A stretch of DNA of 64,000 nt from the NCBI GenBank assembly GCA_964234715.1, contig OZ174281.1; one strand, 5' to 3'. The stretch is from Podarcis melisellensis. Its lineage: Eukaryota. The notes under the pieces are model-generated. The model was not told the origin of the DNA. It saw only the letters and a program-made list of their open reading frames with translations, and did not search any database. The position numbers were made by a program, and so were the translations under genes. Positions 26,026 to 39,156 of the stretch are shown piece after piece. How positions within the stretch are numbered: position 1 is the first letter of the stretch; each line of letters begins with the position of its first letter.

Positions 26026-26499
26026 CTAAACATGAAAAATAATAATTCTTAATTAAAGCTGGCTTCACATTGATTTATTTTTAAATAATCTTTAGAAGTA
26101 TCGGTTGTTTGTGTGTGTTAGGCTGTGCACAGGGAGTACATTCCCCTCACCCAACCTTTTCTACCTATTTTGTTGTCCCAGTGAAAATTACCCTCCTAAA
26201 GCTGCCATTTGCCCCAAGATGGCAGCTGCCAATTGGTGTCATTTATAACTTGAAGCATAAACCAATTCTAGGCCAGTTAAAGTGGCACACCAACTCCAAG
26301 AAGTATTGGAACTATAGTTTTGAGCCTTCTGGTTATATTTTTATTTCTTACTTGCCTTTCACCATGGGTTCCAGAAGTATTCAAACAAATTACAGTCACA
26401 AATTACAGTCACAAGAATTGACAATATTTATCTCGTGTCAAAAGGGTAAAAATGTGCATCTACAATATATTATGTGAACTACATTATGAAGGTAATTCC

Positions 26500-26660
26500 A
26501 TTCCCACAGAGATGTCAGATACATCTCTGTGGGAATGGAATTCCAAAACTTGAGGACTGCCACAGGGAATGCCCTCTCCAGATCACAAAAAACCCAAACT
26601 TCTGAGAGTGGCCAAATTACCAATAGGGCCCCTTCTGTTGATCTTAACATCCAAGAAGGT
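26500..26660 (-). mobile_element. L2-like LINE ORF2 C-terminal fragment
   Basis: Translation LRS..ALLV.....RAFPVAVLKFWNSIP resembles the L2 RAFS.AAP.LWNSLP motif. Confidence 0.6.
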
Positions 26661-27801
26661 CCATAGGGAACTATTTGGCCAGGGAGGAATTACAGTATTC
26701 TCTAAGCCAATTTGGCCTATCTGAGGCTTTCGCCTACCTCATAGCTATTGTCACAACTTGCTAGTGGATAAGGCATTGTGTTGGATCTTTAGTCAAGGGA
26801 AGGGAGTGGGGGGTTGGAAGTCCCATCCCTTACTCACAAGAATCAGGGTACCCCATTAAGGGAGTCCAGAGGAACATGTTTCTGTCCAGATGCCCAGGCA
26901 GGGAATGATGGGCCATAACACGCCCACCCCAAATGATGATTCTGGAGAAGTCGCCCCAATTTGATATACGTCATAGGGTGGTCCTTCACCTAGGATTAAC
27001 CCTGCCAAATCCAGACGGGATGGATGATTCAGAATATACACCCAATGCCTACTGACATCTGCAATCATTAAAGTTGTGGCCTGTTTAATCCCAAAATGCT
27101 TGTTTTGTGATTATTGCATCTCCCCGTGCCTTGGCCCCCACCAGCCGCAGCCTACTATGCCTGGGCCCACAAGCCACTTTCAGTTAATTGACTGTTAGAT
27201 AGAATAGTCCGATGTCCATTCACATTTGCCACCCCAAATTAAGTTAATAAGCCATGTCTGTGCATGTTTAAAAGATGTAACCGTCACTCGACTTTCAGCT
27301 ACTATTATAGTCAAAAAGTGGAATACATTCACACAGTGATACACAAACTACTTACATATGTGGGTTTCTAAGGTATAAGAATAAAATTATCCCTTTATTG
27401 TTTTTTAAATTCCTGAAATGTAATTTTAAATTATAACACAATGGGCCTTTATTTACAATGGGTCTGCAAGCTTTCAAATTATCAATGGATTGCAAATTAA
27501 AACCACATTTGCTTTTTAAGGCTAATTTGGTTCCAAATGGCCACATAAAACTGCGTGTATCTCACATAAAATAAAAATTGAAAAAATTGCCACCTAAAAC
27601 TATATAAAACAAACAACTTGGCAGAACTGAATTCACATAGACTTTTTGTTTTGTTTGCTTTTTGCAGAGATACTCACTTTATCAAAGTAATTCAATTATT
27701 TGAACAGCTGCTCAGATATTTACAACCCATTGTTCATAATGATGGATGAATAGCGTAATAAATATTAATAAAAATAATGGAGACAAGAAACGAATACTTA
27801 C

Positions 27802-27981
27802 ATCCTTGTCACCCAAGTACATGACAAACATGTTGGACGTCTGCCGCCGTGGGCTATCCAATCGTGAGAGAGGCCTTTGCAGATACAAAGAAAGAGAAGT
27901 ATAGCCTTTCAAGTCATCAAGGTTATCTGGAGGCCGGACCTCAACCCCAGAACTGCCATTGAACCTCATGGGAACAGCAAC
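27802..27981 (-). CDS. LAMA3: LAMA3 exon A19 (LG1 start), VAVPMRFNGSSGVEVR...MFVMYLGDKD
   Basis: 180 nt, tag|GTT ... GAT|gtaagt. Confidence 0.96.
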
Positions 27982-29206
27982 CTATTAAAAATAAAAATGA
28001 ATATGATTACAAACTCATATGGGAATCAAAACAGACATGCAATTTTGACTTAAGTTCTCGGGAGCCATGCAACAGCCTTAATATATGTAAACAACTACAG
28101 TCCTATTCAGACATTTCATTTTCAGTTATCACTGTGTGGCTGGGAGAGTGCTCACTGGCCCACACCAGCTTTTGTATCCCCATTGGCTTCCCTCTGCCAC
28201 CCATGTTTTGTGTGTGTGTGTGGAGGGAGGAGCCTGCCCTACATACATGGGCTCCCTATACAGTTTGTAGCCTATGTGACGAGGAACCTTATATGTGTAG
28301 AACAGTCTCCTCCTTCAGACCTCCCCCCCTCCAAAGCATTCAAGAGGAAAGCAATATTTACATTCTGTGAAACAGAGAAGCAGGCAACTGAAGCTCTGTT
28401 ACTGTGGGCCTGTAGGATATGTTTGCACCCATGGAAAATACTGGTTTTTCTTGTGACTTACATTGGTAAGCACAGGAACATTTTTAAGCATGTAAGTAAT
28501 GATTTTTACTCAATTAGTGAACAATATTAGCACTTAATTCTTGTACCCTCCTTCTCCAGGGCCATCTTGCCTGCTCCATAAGGGTAGAGTCCTATGAACA
28601 TGGATTAAGGAACTGAGATAATGCCATTACTCCTCATCATGACCCATGGGAGTTCAAAACAACAGGCCACAAATTAGCAGGATACCCAAGCTGACACCCA
28701 TTTACAGCAGCATCTTTGCCCCAATGCTTTTGTGAACTGACTGCTTTTAATGACTGGGCTGGTGCCATACTGTGTTTTTTAATTGTAATTGTATGGATTA
28801 AACAGATTTTATATATGTATATAGCTTTACTTCTAACAATGTTTACTTTTTTATTATTGTTTTCCTATACTTTTAGTGGTTCTCATTTTAATATGTAAGC
28901 TGCTTTGAATCCCATCAGGGAAAAAGGTGGAGTATAAATAAAATAATAATAAGAATAATAATGATGATGATGATGTCCAGATGGCTTTTCAGCATCAAAC
29001 CTGTCCTGGGGGAAATTGCTCTCTGGGCAGACCTAAAGAATAAATTATTTCTCTTTATTAAAGGTTTCACTAAATACACCTGGGTGACAATAATAAAATA
29101 TGTGAGCGTGGGCATGTAGCAACTTTATTGGGCGAACATGTGATGACAAGTAGCAAAAGAGGACAGAAAGAAGAAGCTATGGAAGATTCTGCCACAAGCC
29201 ACATAC

Positions 29207-29349
29207 CTTGTTAGCAGCATCTCTTGCTTGCTGGATGAGCTCTCTGATGCGGTTTATATTCTCCGATATGTTAGCTATTGGCATAAGTTGTTCATTGATG
29301 CGTGTAATCTTGTTAAACAGATCTGGGAGGATGTTTGTCAAGTTCTTTA
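29207..29349 (-). CDS. LAMA3: LAMA3 exon A18 (coiled-coil end), KNLTNILPDLF...RIRELIQQARDAANK
   Basis: 143 nt, cag|TA ... AAG|gtatgt, phase 1/0. Confidence 0.95.
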
Positions 29350-29446
29350 CTGTGGATAGGATTTTCATTTTTTTTTAGTGACATGAGGGAAGCATTATGT
29401 ACTAAAATGCAAAATATGAGTCATGTAATCTGCAACTGCTGGAATA

Positions 29447-29688
29447 CAGTGGTACCTCCGGTTACATACTTAATTCAATCTGGAGGTCCATTCTTAACCT
29501 GAAACTGTTCTTAACCTGAAGCACCACTTTAGCTAATGGGGCCTCCCGCTGCTACTGTGCCACCGCCTCGCGATTTCTGTTCTCATCCTGAAGCAAAGTT
29601 CTTAATCTGAGGTACTATTTCTGGGTTAGCGGAGTCCATAACCTGAAGCATATGTAACCTGAAGCGTATTTAACCCGAGGGACACACT
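29447..29688 (-). mobile_element. Second copy of the same pogo/Tigger-like MITE, inverted relative to 20111-20352
   Basis: Reverse complement aligns along the whole length to the 20.1-kb copy; one TIR degraded. Confidence 0.88.
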
Positions 29689-30170
29689 CAATTCATACCA
29701 GGGTAGTTTCCTGACAACCTATTCATTTAATGTTTATCCAGCTGTTTGTGGGGTAGTGGGGATGGTTGTACGACATTAAGTAAAGCAATTGTCATCCCTT
29801 GCTTTCCAGTACATTTTCCTTTCATTTCCCATTGTGCTTCTTACTTTAAAATAAAAATAAAAATTGGAAGGAGCTTTTTTCGCATCTAATCCACTTATCT
29901 GTATGGCCTGAATTATTTGCCAGTCTTGAGAGTGAATCCCACTCACAAAACAGTGACAGTCTGGAAGTGCCCCAAGACTTAAGAAAAGACTTTGGGTGAG
30001 GACCTTTTCTAGGAATTCCCAGCAATAACCAGATTTATAACATCTATATTTAGCAAGTTGTGAAAGAATATTCAACAACAGCAACATGGCCTAGTTCTCC
30101 CCTCCAAAACAAATGCTGATATCACTACAGAAAGGCTGGAAGAGGCCCATGGAACAAACAAACTGCCTAC

Positions 30171-30350
30171 CTGTATTGTTTGCATCATTCAAAGCCTTGT
30201 TATAGTTAGAGCTCTGTGTGCTTCCATAGGAAATCTTGATCTTTTCCACATCTTCTTTAATTGGGTTCAGTTCCGTGAGAATATTAGCAGTAATGTCATT
30301 GGCATTTTTGACCATGTTCTTTGCACTTGTAATCAAGCCGTCTGTGTCAT
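30171..30350 (-). CDS. LAMA3: LAMA3 exon A17 (coiled coil), DTDGLITSAKNMVKNANDIT...DANNT
   Basis: 180 nt, tag|AT ... G|gtaggc, phase 1/1. Confidence 0.94.
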
Positions 30351-30849
30351 CTAGAGGAAAGGAAAAGATGCACAAACATCCAAATATGTGACTGGTTTCT
30401 ATATGACCGCATATTTTGCTCCTTATTATCTTTCCTTCCCCATTTGGGTAGGGCTGTTTTTTATTTACAAGGCAAGGGCTGTCTAACGTTTTTGGTCTGA
30501 GGGCCACAGTTACCCTTGGCCAACCCTCCAGGGCCTGCAGGCCAATGGTCTTGGCCTCTGCACCCTCTTGCACACAGCCCCCCGGCTCTACGTGGCGAAT
30601 TCCTGCAGATCATCTTAAGGGAATACCTCCTCCCCACTCATCAGTTGATTGATCTGATGACTGGGGAGAGAGTGCAGGACGCAATCTCTCATTTATTTTT
30701 CTGCCAATTGCTAAAATTGGTGGGGGTTTGGGTGGTTGGCAGAAGGGAGGATTTTGCTTGCGGAAAGTTGGGCCAGGGATTAGTTGCTTGGCATAATAAG
30801 AAATGCAGAACAAAACATACAGCATTGGAAGTCCACATAAATTATTTAC

Positions 30850-30966
30850 CTCTATTTATCCCCTGAAGGTCATTTTGAAAGCTTGTAAGGTTTGCCTTTA
30901 TCACATTTTTCTTGTGCTCAGCAACCTCAAGTCTGCTCTTTAAGTCATCAAGAGTGGGACTGATAT
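30850..30966 (-). CDS. LAMA3: LAMA3 exon A16 (coiled coil), ISPTLDDLKSRL...LQGINR
   Basis: 117 nt, cag|AT ... G|gtaaat, phase 1/1. Confidence 0.92.
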
Positions 30967-32120
30967 CTGTAAAAAAACACACACACACAAAAACCACCAA
31001 CCAACCAAGTGTTAAATCAGTCTGATAACTATGGATTGGATCATTTTCTGGTGAAGCTTCAATACTTTGTTCTCTAGTCTTTCAGCAGGAGGAGGGGAAG
31101 CAACTCCATCACAGCCAAATTCAATCCTAATATAAGCACATTAAATGGCCACCTTTACACTTGACTTTGGAGATGGGTGAGCATTGGGTATACTCAGTAA
31201 ACTTGTAATTCTGCATTAAAAACCCAATATTCTGCAACCAGAGAAAAGCTTTCTATGGGATCAGGTTGTAAGTAGTAAAATACATGAAGAATTACCCTTT
31301 CAAAAAAGCTCCAAACGGATTTTATTACTTGCCTAAAAGCAGCTAGCTGAGAACTAAGCAGGACAGAGATATTTGGAATACATATTACTCCTTAATAGCC
31401 AATAACAGTGATGAGGGTGCCACATGTCTTATGAGTGGACTGGAACTGCATGATTTTAATCACTGAAACCCAACTATTCTCAGAATCCCTCAATCCTGCA
31501 TATAGCATCCTGGGCACTGGGAGTATTTCTGGCTGCACACCCCTGATCCCTGGTGGGTCAGGGTCTGCAATAAAGTAGATATCAATCAGGATGTTGCACA
31601 AATCCCTCAAACAGAAATATATATGACTCCCAACCGTTTTTGAATGATATCCTTTTTCTCATGAGTCAAGAAGCATGCTGATCAAGCTACATGCAATTTC
31701 CCTCCTTGACTTTGATTTCATCTTGTTAAAATTGCTGCAGGCCAGATCAAATTGTTGCATTGCCTAGATTTGTCCCATTCCCAGCTTTGAAAGGTTGTAA
31801 GGTTGTAATGCTTTCTAAAGTGGTAAAGCCCTCAAACATTACTTTTACCACTTCAAAGCGGAGAGATCTGTTTCTCCAAAATTGTTCCCAAGTAACCAAA
31901 GCCACCCACTCTTCAAAACGAGCCAGTCTTTCATCTGATACTGTTACTTAGTAATTGGCTCATCTGAAAACTGCCAGTTTCATACTAACGTCTTTCACCA
32001 TTAACATTGCAGTAATAAAGATGGTGCAACTCAACCCTTAATGAGACATGAAGCAACAATACCAGAATGGTGGCAAAACTTTTATGAACCTGCACATTAT
32101 TTATTTGCTTTTCAAGATAC

Positions 32121-32220
32121 CCTGTAAGGTCTTTTGTGCAGCTTGTGCTTGGTTTAACAGATTGCCGCTGTTGGTCTTCAGTCTCTTGGCACTTCCAGCT
32201 AGGTCTTTTCTCTCCACTGT
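32121..32220 (-). CDS. LAMA3: LAMA3 exon A15 (coiled coil), TVERKDLAGSAKRLKTNSGNLLNQAQAAQKTLQ
   Basis: 100 nt, cag|ACA ... G|gtatct, phase 0/1. Confidence 0.9.
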
Positions 32221-33163
32221 CTGAAAATGAAGCATTGCCATGTAAAGTCTTCATATAAGGGAAGATAGGATACATAAAAAAAGTCAAAGGAGGCAGTGCA
32301 CACAATCAGGAGGATTTAATCTCTGCCAGGTGTTTTCTATTTTTGTTGGATGCAGTCCATGAACATCTGCTACTGTGCAATCTCCATTCATTTTAAAGAT
32401 ACTTCCATGCAAGCCCTATTCAGAATATGAGATGCTTGGAGAATTGTCAGAATGTTGCCTTGGAACGTATTGTGAATCTGCCTAGATCAGTTCTATAATA
32501 TCTAAAGTACTGTAATGATGAAATGAGATGGTGTCTTTTTTATTTAAAAAAATCACAGCTAAGCTGAACAAAATGTAGGCAGCCCTCAGATATGTAAGAT
32601 TAGGATCAAAGCTTCCCATTCTATCTCCCTGATGAGTCTGGAGTGCTATTAACTCACTTTTCATCAATCAATCATTGCTTTTAACTGCATTAAACAAACA
32701 AACAAACAAACAAACCTGTATGTGTGTAGCATATTTGCAACAGTAGCATTCCAAATCATGCAAGATACTAAGCTGTGAATTTGAATTCACATTCAAATTC
32801 TATCTAAATACCCAGCTAAGAGTTGCCATGTTCTAGCCTAAGCACCTTAAGAGAACAAAAACAACAAGAAGGAGCAGGGCGGTGTCCCCCACTCTGGTGC
32901 TTCAGCGGTTCCTCTGCCCATTCTCCTTTACCACCTGCTATGAGGCCCAATAGGAATCTTGGTGACAGCAGGCAGGAGAGAGGGGTGGGACCAAAGAGAT
33001 CCTGGAAGTGGAGAGGTGGAAGCAGGCTTTCCTCCAAGGCTAACTTCAGCTAACAGGCAGGCTGTCAGGTTGTACCTTAAGGGCTGCGCATTTTATTTAA
33101 AATAAGAAGAAATAAATCCAATGGCTAAAAAACAATTCTGATGTGATTTCAGAATACTCTTAC

Positions 33164-33305
33164 CGATAAAGCTGAGTCTGCAGCATTGGATGCACTGTTG
33201 GCAGCAACCTCTGCTGCTTTGATGGCATCAATAATGTCATCGTAGGCAGTAGCTGCTGCCACAGAACAGGACACCAGCTCGTCATCGCTGACATTTTTCT
33301 TGATC
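33164..33305 (-). CDS. LAMA3: LAMA3 exon A14 (coiled coil), IKKNVSDDELVSCSVAAATAYDDIIDAIKAAE...SALS
   Basis: 142 nt, cag|G ... TCG|gtaaga, phase 2/0. Confidence 0.94.
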
Positions 33306-34598
33306 CTGTGGGGAGAAAAGCAGAAAATCTAGCAATCTGGACCATGTATGGTGAAAATATTTTTGGTTGCTCCTTTGGTGGGATTTGCTCATAAATGCCC
33401 GACAGAAAAGTATACATCATATAAATAACACAAGTGGTCCAACAGATGGTACTTTAAGGTGCCCTTTTTGGGTAGGGACACTCTGCTGCTGTAGTCCCTT
33501 TTTTACCTTGAGAATTCATGTCATGAGGCTGTAGATCAAAGAGACCACTCCAATCCCCAAGAAATGTTTACATGAGGTACGGTAAGCGCTTAAATCAGAA
33601 TTTAAAACTGAAACACTCACACACACTTTTATGAAAGAAGAGAAAGAATGAGAGGCAGCCAAAGCCATAGGTGCCAACTCCCTGAGTGCCCAAGCACCCA
33701 CAAATTTCAGTGCCAGGGCCATGCACACTGCATGACACCCACGGCTCCGGGTACCCATGGGGCCAGGCTGGCACTCCTGGTCAAAGCAAAACGCTTTCAA
33801 ATCCCACCAATTCCATCTAGTTAAATGCTGGCTTTACTTTCCCACTGAAAGCAGTGAGACTTAAGCATGCTTCCCTGTAGCTGGTTCAGTGTTTAATTTA
33901 GGCTGGCAAATTTACACTGCAATGTGTAGTTTCGATAAAAAATCAGAACCCCTCTGGCATTCTAAAGATATGGTCACGTTCTGGAAAGTGACTGATACAC
34001 AGGTGTCATCTGAAGGGAGCATGCCTGCAGGTTTGGCACCAGTTTCATGGGACCCTGGGCAAGTACCGCCCTGGTTCCCCCTAACCCACCCTACAAGTGG
34101 GAAGGGGCTGCAGGAGGCAACCCAGAGCTCTGAAGGGAAGCTCCAGGTGAAGCAGCTGCCATTTTAATTTCCTCAGAATGCCTCTGGTCCCTATATCAGG
34201 GGTGCCACAGAAATTAAACATGGAAGAGGCTGCAACTACCTCTTTTCTTTAGAATGCTGGGCCCCAAAAGGCAGAAGGACACAAAAAAAGAGACTGGTGT
34301 CAGTTGCGGTGGGTCCTTTAGGACCCTGACATTTGTCCTACCATGCTGGCTGATGGAGCTGGGTCTGCATGTTCACCTTCCTTTCTGCTGGTGTGGGCTT
34401 GAAGGGCAGGAAAAGGGGTTTAGAACATGATTCAGTATAAGAACCTCTCCCATTTGATCCATGAATCTGCTCTCACATATAAATAACAAGTTCCTCTTCT
34501 TTTGCCTTCGCCGTTTACCTTTAGCACAATACAGTATACAATGCTCTTTAGCAAGATACATGGTATCTAGCTATTCATCTGCAAAAATGAAAACATAC

Positions 34599-34753
34599 TC
34601 ATCCAGTTTTCTTGCCAGGTCTTGTAAAAAGTTGGCATGCTCTTCTGCTCTCACTACTAGAGGTTCCTTGCTGGCCGATAAAGACTGGCTCTTCAGTTTT
34701 TCACTTAGGTCCTTCCTTGCGCCATCCAGCTGGGCAGCTAAGTTTTCATATTC
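34599..34753 (-). CDS. LAMA3: LAMA3 exon A13 (coiled coil), EYENLAAQLDGARK...LARKLD
   Basis: 155 nt, cag|GAA ... GA|gtatgt, phase 0/2. Confidence 0.94.
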
Positions 34754-35068
34754 CTGAAGTTTGAAGGCAAATGTCACTTTATTTGCTGTGACCCAGACAG
34801 ATTTATAAAAGCAGAGGAAATAAATGGCAATTCTGTCTTTTGTGTGCTTCAGCTTTTCATGCAAATGTTGGTGCTTTGAGCACAGCACAGAGGATTAAGC
34901 ACAAAAGATTAGACAGAAATGGGGGGAAATGTTTTCAACATATAACTTGTATTTTGTGAGCAGCTATTACCGCCTACAAAATCAAATCATTACTTGCAAT
35001 AGATTTTTATTTCCATTACAATGATTTCTCTCTCTCTTCACAGAATTAAAGCATTACTTCTTCAGTAC

Positions 35069-35185
35069 CTCTTTGCTCTTCTGCAGCAAGCCAAACACAC
35101 TGTTTGCTTGAGACAATGATGCTTCAGCAGAACTCAGAAGATCCAAGATATTAGTCTGTTGTTTAGTCATTGCATCAATCCGTTT
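35069..35185 (-). CDS. LAMA3: LAMA3 exon A12 (coiled coil), KRIDAMTK...LLQKSKE
   Basis: 117 nt, cag|AAA ... GAG|gtactg. Confidence 0.93.
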
Positions 35186-36636
35186 CTGACAAAGAAATGA
35201 AGAGGAGACTCAATTTTTAAATGCAGCTCTCATTGGCAGAGATATAAGTAACATAGCTTTCTGAATAGTAACAAGGGGCACTATCTAGCCATAGGGTGTC
35301 TCCAGGTGCAAGTGCAATTTGGGGAAAGGTATAACTTGTTTAATGGTCAGGTTGCATTTACCCAAAGGCAGGCTGATCCTAAATCAAGCATGTGTCTTAG
35401 GGCCAATCAACATGTTACACCATCTACTAAATCATAGCTTTAAGTGAAGGGTTTTCATTTTTGGCATGAATTGCCTAATCCGGATTGGGACCCATGCCTG
35501 CAATTTGCATAGGGAAGAAGTTCCCATTGAAGCAAATGAGACTTTCCTCACCTAATGCAAATTACAGGCATGGGGCTCGTATTCAGTTCAGAACCATAGT
35601 ATGGACAAAAGATTAAAGGCCCCCCTTTCCATGGTTTATAATCCAGGCCAGGAGTACCGCCACCACTCCCACTGCCACTTTGTGTACAATACAAGCAGAC
35701 AGCTTTGTATTTAAAGGCACAGCTGCATAGCTAATGTAACCTGGCATGTAGAAGTAAAGATTCTGATTAGGAATCCTGCAAACCCTAACTGAAGGGAGGA
35801 GGACATAGAAAATTCATAGTGCAAGCCTTTGCACGGTCTACTCAGATTTAGGTTCCACTGAGTTCATTGGGTCTGACTCCCAGGTAAGTGCATATAGGAC
35901 TGCAGCTTATGCCTATTAGCACTCTACAGCAGCCATTGCAGGGGTTCCTTATCAGTGCTCTACAGTTCTGGACCCAGCTTCCTGAAAGCCAAGAAGGGTT
36001 GGTCCAGGATTAGGGAAGGAGAAAGCCCTTCCTCACTCACATCCAGCGCCCCAGGGGGTACTCAAGGGTACGCAGTACCGGCATCTCTTCTTTGTTAAAA
36101 AGTGTGTTACTTACTGTAACAACTTCATGGTGAGCACAGCACCTATTTTTCAAGTGAAGGTATTGCTGTATAACTGAAGACTATCCTATCCTGAAATCTC
36201 TGGATAATTATTTCCTAAACTAGAAACGATTACTATTATTATTAATAGGTAACTAATTAACTACCTACCTACTGGTAACTGTTTCCTATATAGGCATTTG
36301 GCACAAAAGTAAAGCAGAACAGGATAGAACAATTTATGACATGTCTGTGTATCATTGGGTCATCCCAGGTAATTTCAGGACAAAGAATAGGTCTGGGCAG
36401 GCTGAACAATTAAATTACACCTCATATAACTGTTCCAGAGAAACTAAACTTTGTTTCTTTATTAAGAAACAAAAAGCAAAATAAAGCAGCAGTTTCTTAT
36501 TCCATCAGCCTTTCACAGTATCCTTTTGAGAGAGATTATTGATAAGGCCAGATAAAACGACTTGGAATTTCACATATTCTTCATCTATTAAATATTTTTT
36601 AAAAAAGAAAAAGAAAATAAATAAAAGTGGTATCAC

Positions 36637-36833
36637 CTTAACATCTTCCAAAAGGAGTTGATTATTTCCATTTAAATTTTCAGCCAGCTTTGTTTGCTCT
36701 TTTGCTTCTTCCAAAGATATCCGAAGGTCTTCGAGCTTGGATTCATACTCATTTAATGACTCTCTTATGGTTTTAATAAGTCCCTGGTTTTTTGCTTGGT
36801 GCTTTTGTAGTTCAGTCCTTACACGCTCCAGCA
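36637..36833 (-). CDS. LAMA3: LAMA3 exon A11 (coiled coil), LERVRTELQK...LLEDVK
   Basis: 197 nt, tag|TG ... AAG|gtgata, phase 1/0. Confidence 0.94.
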
Positions 36834-37619
36834 CTATGGAGAGAATTAGAATGGATAAAGTTTGATTATCGGATAGCATAATAAGAACAAATTTGATTAT
36901 CCATACTGCTGTAAGGAGATAGCATCCACCTAGCTTAAGTCCTTTCTGGTCACTAGTCCTGCTCTGTTCTTGCCAATGAATGCAAAATTATGCTACTGCT
37001 ACAATTCACAAGAAGACCTTTAGTGGGCACCCAGAATGTACTATGTACTACGTGCTTTTCTTGTACAATCCTGCCATCATTAAGTATTTTGCATTCTCTC
37101 CACAATTTCTTTACCAAATTGTGTAACAGCAAATGATGAATACACATCTGTTGCAGGCAAAGTGAGGAAAAAAGGAGTGGACATTACATATCACTGCTTG
37201 CCAGTTTTGGAAAGAGAAAAGAAGTTCTCACCTTGACTTCTTGAAATGCAAAAATTAAAACACAAAGCTTATAGGCCCAGCTGCAGTAAGCACTGAAGGA
37301 TGGAGGTTTCACATCCAACCAAGAGGATTTGTTTAACCTGCTCCTTGGACTTATGGACCTCAGATAGTTTCTTCATGGTCCAGCATTTTCTGATCTTACC
37401 AGCTATACTCCTGTCCCCAAGCCTACCACCTTCATCTTCATCTTCTCCACCTCATGTTAGCTACAGAATGATCGTACATGATAAGACCACTTTCAGTTCC
37501 ACATTGTTTACAACTCCACTGGGGATTTCCAAAGGAGACAACGGTCCTCCTCATTCTAGCAAATCTATTCCGAGTCATTTCTATCCCAGGATCTATGCAT
37601 ACAGTCTTTATGCTCTTAC

Positions 37620-37787
37620 AAAGTTGGGCTTCTCTTTTCTCCTTTTCTGCTTCGGTTAGTTGTTGCTCAAAATTGCGGTTTCTCATCTCGTTAATCATTC
37701 GCTGAGCTCGAGCCAGCTCTTTGGCACCGTCTCCTGAAGGTGAAGGAGCTGCTGCTGTAGAAGTACCAGTTATCTGATCCAGGAGAA
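37620..37787 (-). CDS. LAMA3: LAMA3 exon A10 (coiled coil), LLDQITG...AQRMINEMRNRNF...EAQL
   Basis: 168 nt, tag|TT ... T|gtaaga, phase 1/1. Confidence 0.94.
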
Positions 37788-38145
37788 CTACGACAAGGAA
37801 AAAACACAGATGAACAAAATACTCTGACAGATACTTTTTCTCAGAGCCATGTGTTGTGTTGTTTTCTTTTCTTAACCTGAAAGGTTCTACTTTCCATTCA
37901 ACACATATTCAATGATGCAGAAATAATCCATCAAACGATCCTAGTGCAACAGCCCTTGCCTTTGGATCACTTTGACTGTTGTTGGGGTGGGGTGGGGTGT
38001 TAACCTGCTTTTTAACATGCAGATTATATCCCACTTATTTAGTAAGGTACTGGGGTGAGTGCTTATGTCTATCTTGCCAAGGGAATGATGCCAAAACAAC
38101 TTTCCCCTGGTGAGTTGTCCACTCCTTAGCTGTTCTACTTAAAAG

Positions 38146-38535
38146 CAGTGGTTCTCAAAGGGTGTGGCAGGAGGAGATGGCAAGTGTGGCAGGAAGATTC
38201 AAGGACAAAGAAACATTTGCACATTTCATTGTAGTATAAAATAGCATTCATTCATTCATTCATTCATTCATTCATAATATGGATAGATCTCTTCTAAAAA
38301 TGAGAGCAAGAGCATCAAGTGTTCAGGGGGATGATTCATGTTCTTATGCAGCTGTATTGTTTTATACTATGTGGTGTCCTATGATCATATTATAAAGTAG
38401 TTGTGTTCTATGTTATAAATCAAGCACTGCTTCGGAATTGTTTCTTTTTTGTTTTCCAATGTATTTCTTATCAATAAAAAAATTAGATGTTTATTCTGAA
38501 AGTGTGACCCAGAGAAAGAAGTTTGAGAATCACTT
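38146..38535. mobile_element. hAT-like non-autonomous element containing a (TTCA)n tract
   Basis: CAGTGGTTCTCAAA ... TTTGAGAATCACT termini, degenerate 8-bp flank. Confidence 0.6.
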
Positions 38536-38647
38536 AAGAGTATTTTACTGCACAGATCATCCTCCTAGACACCTTCACTTTTTTGGCAGCTCCTAGCAGG
38601 GCAGGGCAGCATCATGAGGGCAATCCATGGGATTTGAACTTCTATAT

Positions 38648-38990
38648 CAGATGTAGGGAATGTTTTTCAGTCTGAGGGCGGCATTCCCTTCTGGGCAACA
38701 TGCTCGTGGTGGGGAGAATCAGAGGCAAAAGCAGTTGAAGCAACAAATGTGAAAGTTACTTTAGGACAGTAGGATAGTTATATACATATTCGTATACTCT
38801 CCTTTATCCTCGATCCAGACAAGGAATAGGACTATCTGAGTTAAATTGCAATTGCAATAAAGCAAAAGAAGTCTGGGCGTGAAGCAGGGCCAGTGAAGAG
38901 TATGGCCTAGGAAGAGTTTTGAGGCCTAGACAAAGAGGTGTGGGAGGTGGGCACATTTGGCCACCAGGCCTGAGGTTCCTCACTCCATTC
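38648..38990 (+). mobile_element. Old hAT-like repeat; related copy near 63500-63730
   Basis: Shared CTGAGGG.GGCATT..CAGAGGCAAAAG and TGGCCT.GGA.GAG motifs between the two loci. Confidence 0.5.
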
Positions 38991-39156
38991 TACACATTAC
39001 AAATTGGGGGAGGAGAATTACCACAAAGATGCCATTTTCAATAACACTTCTGAAGCAAGCATAATGTCAGATCTTAATGTAGGGCAATAATAATTCATAA
39101 GATTTTCTCATCAATAAGCACATCTAAAGCCACTGCTCATAAACCCCACCTTTTAT

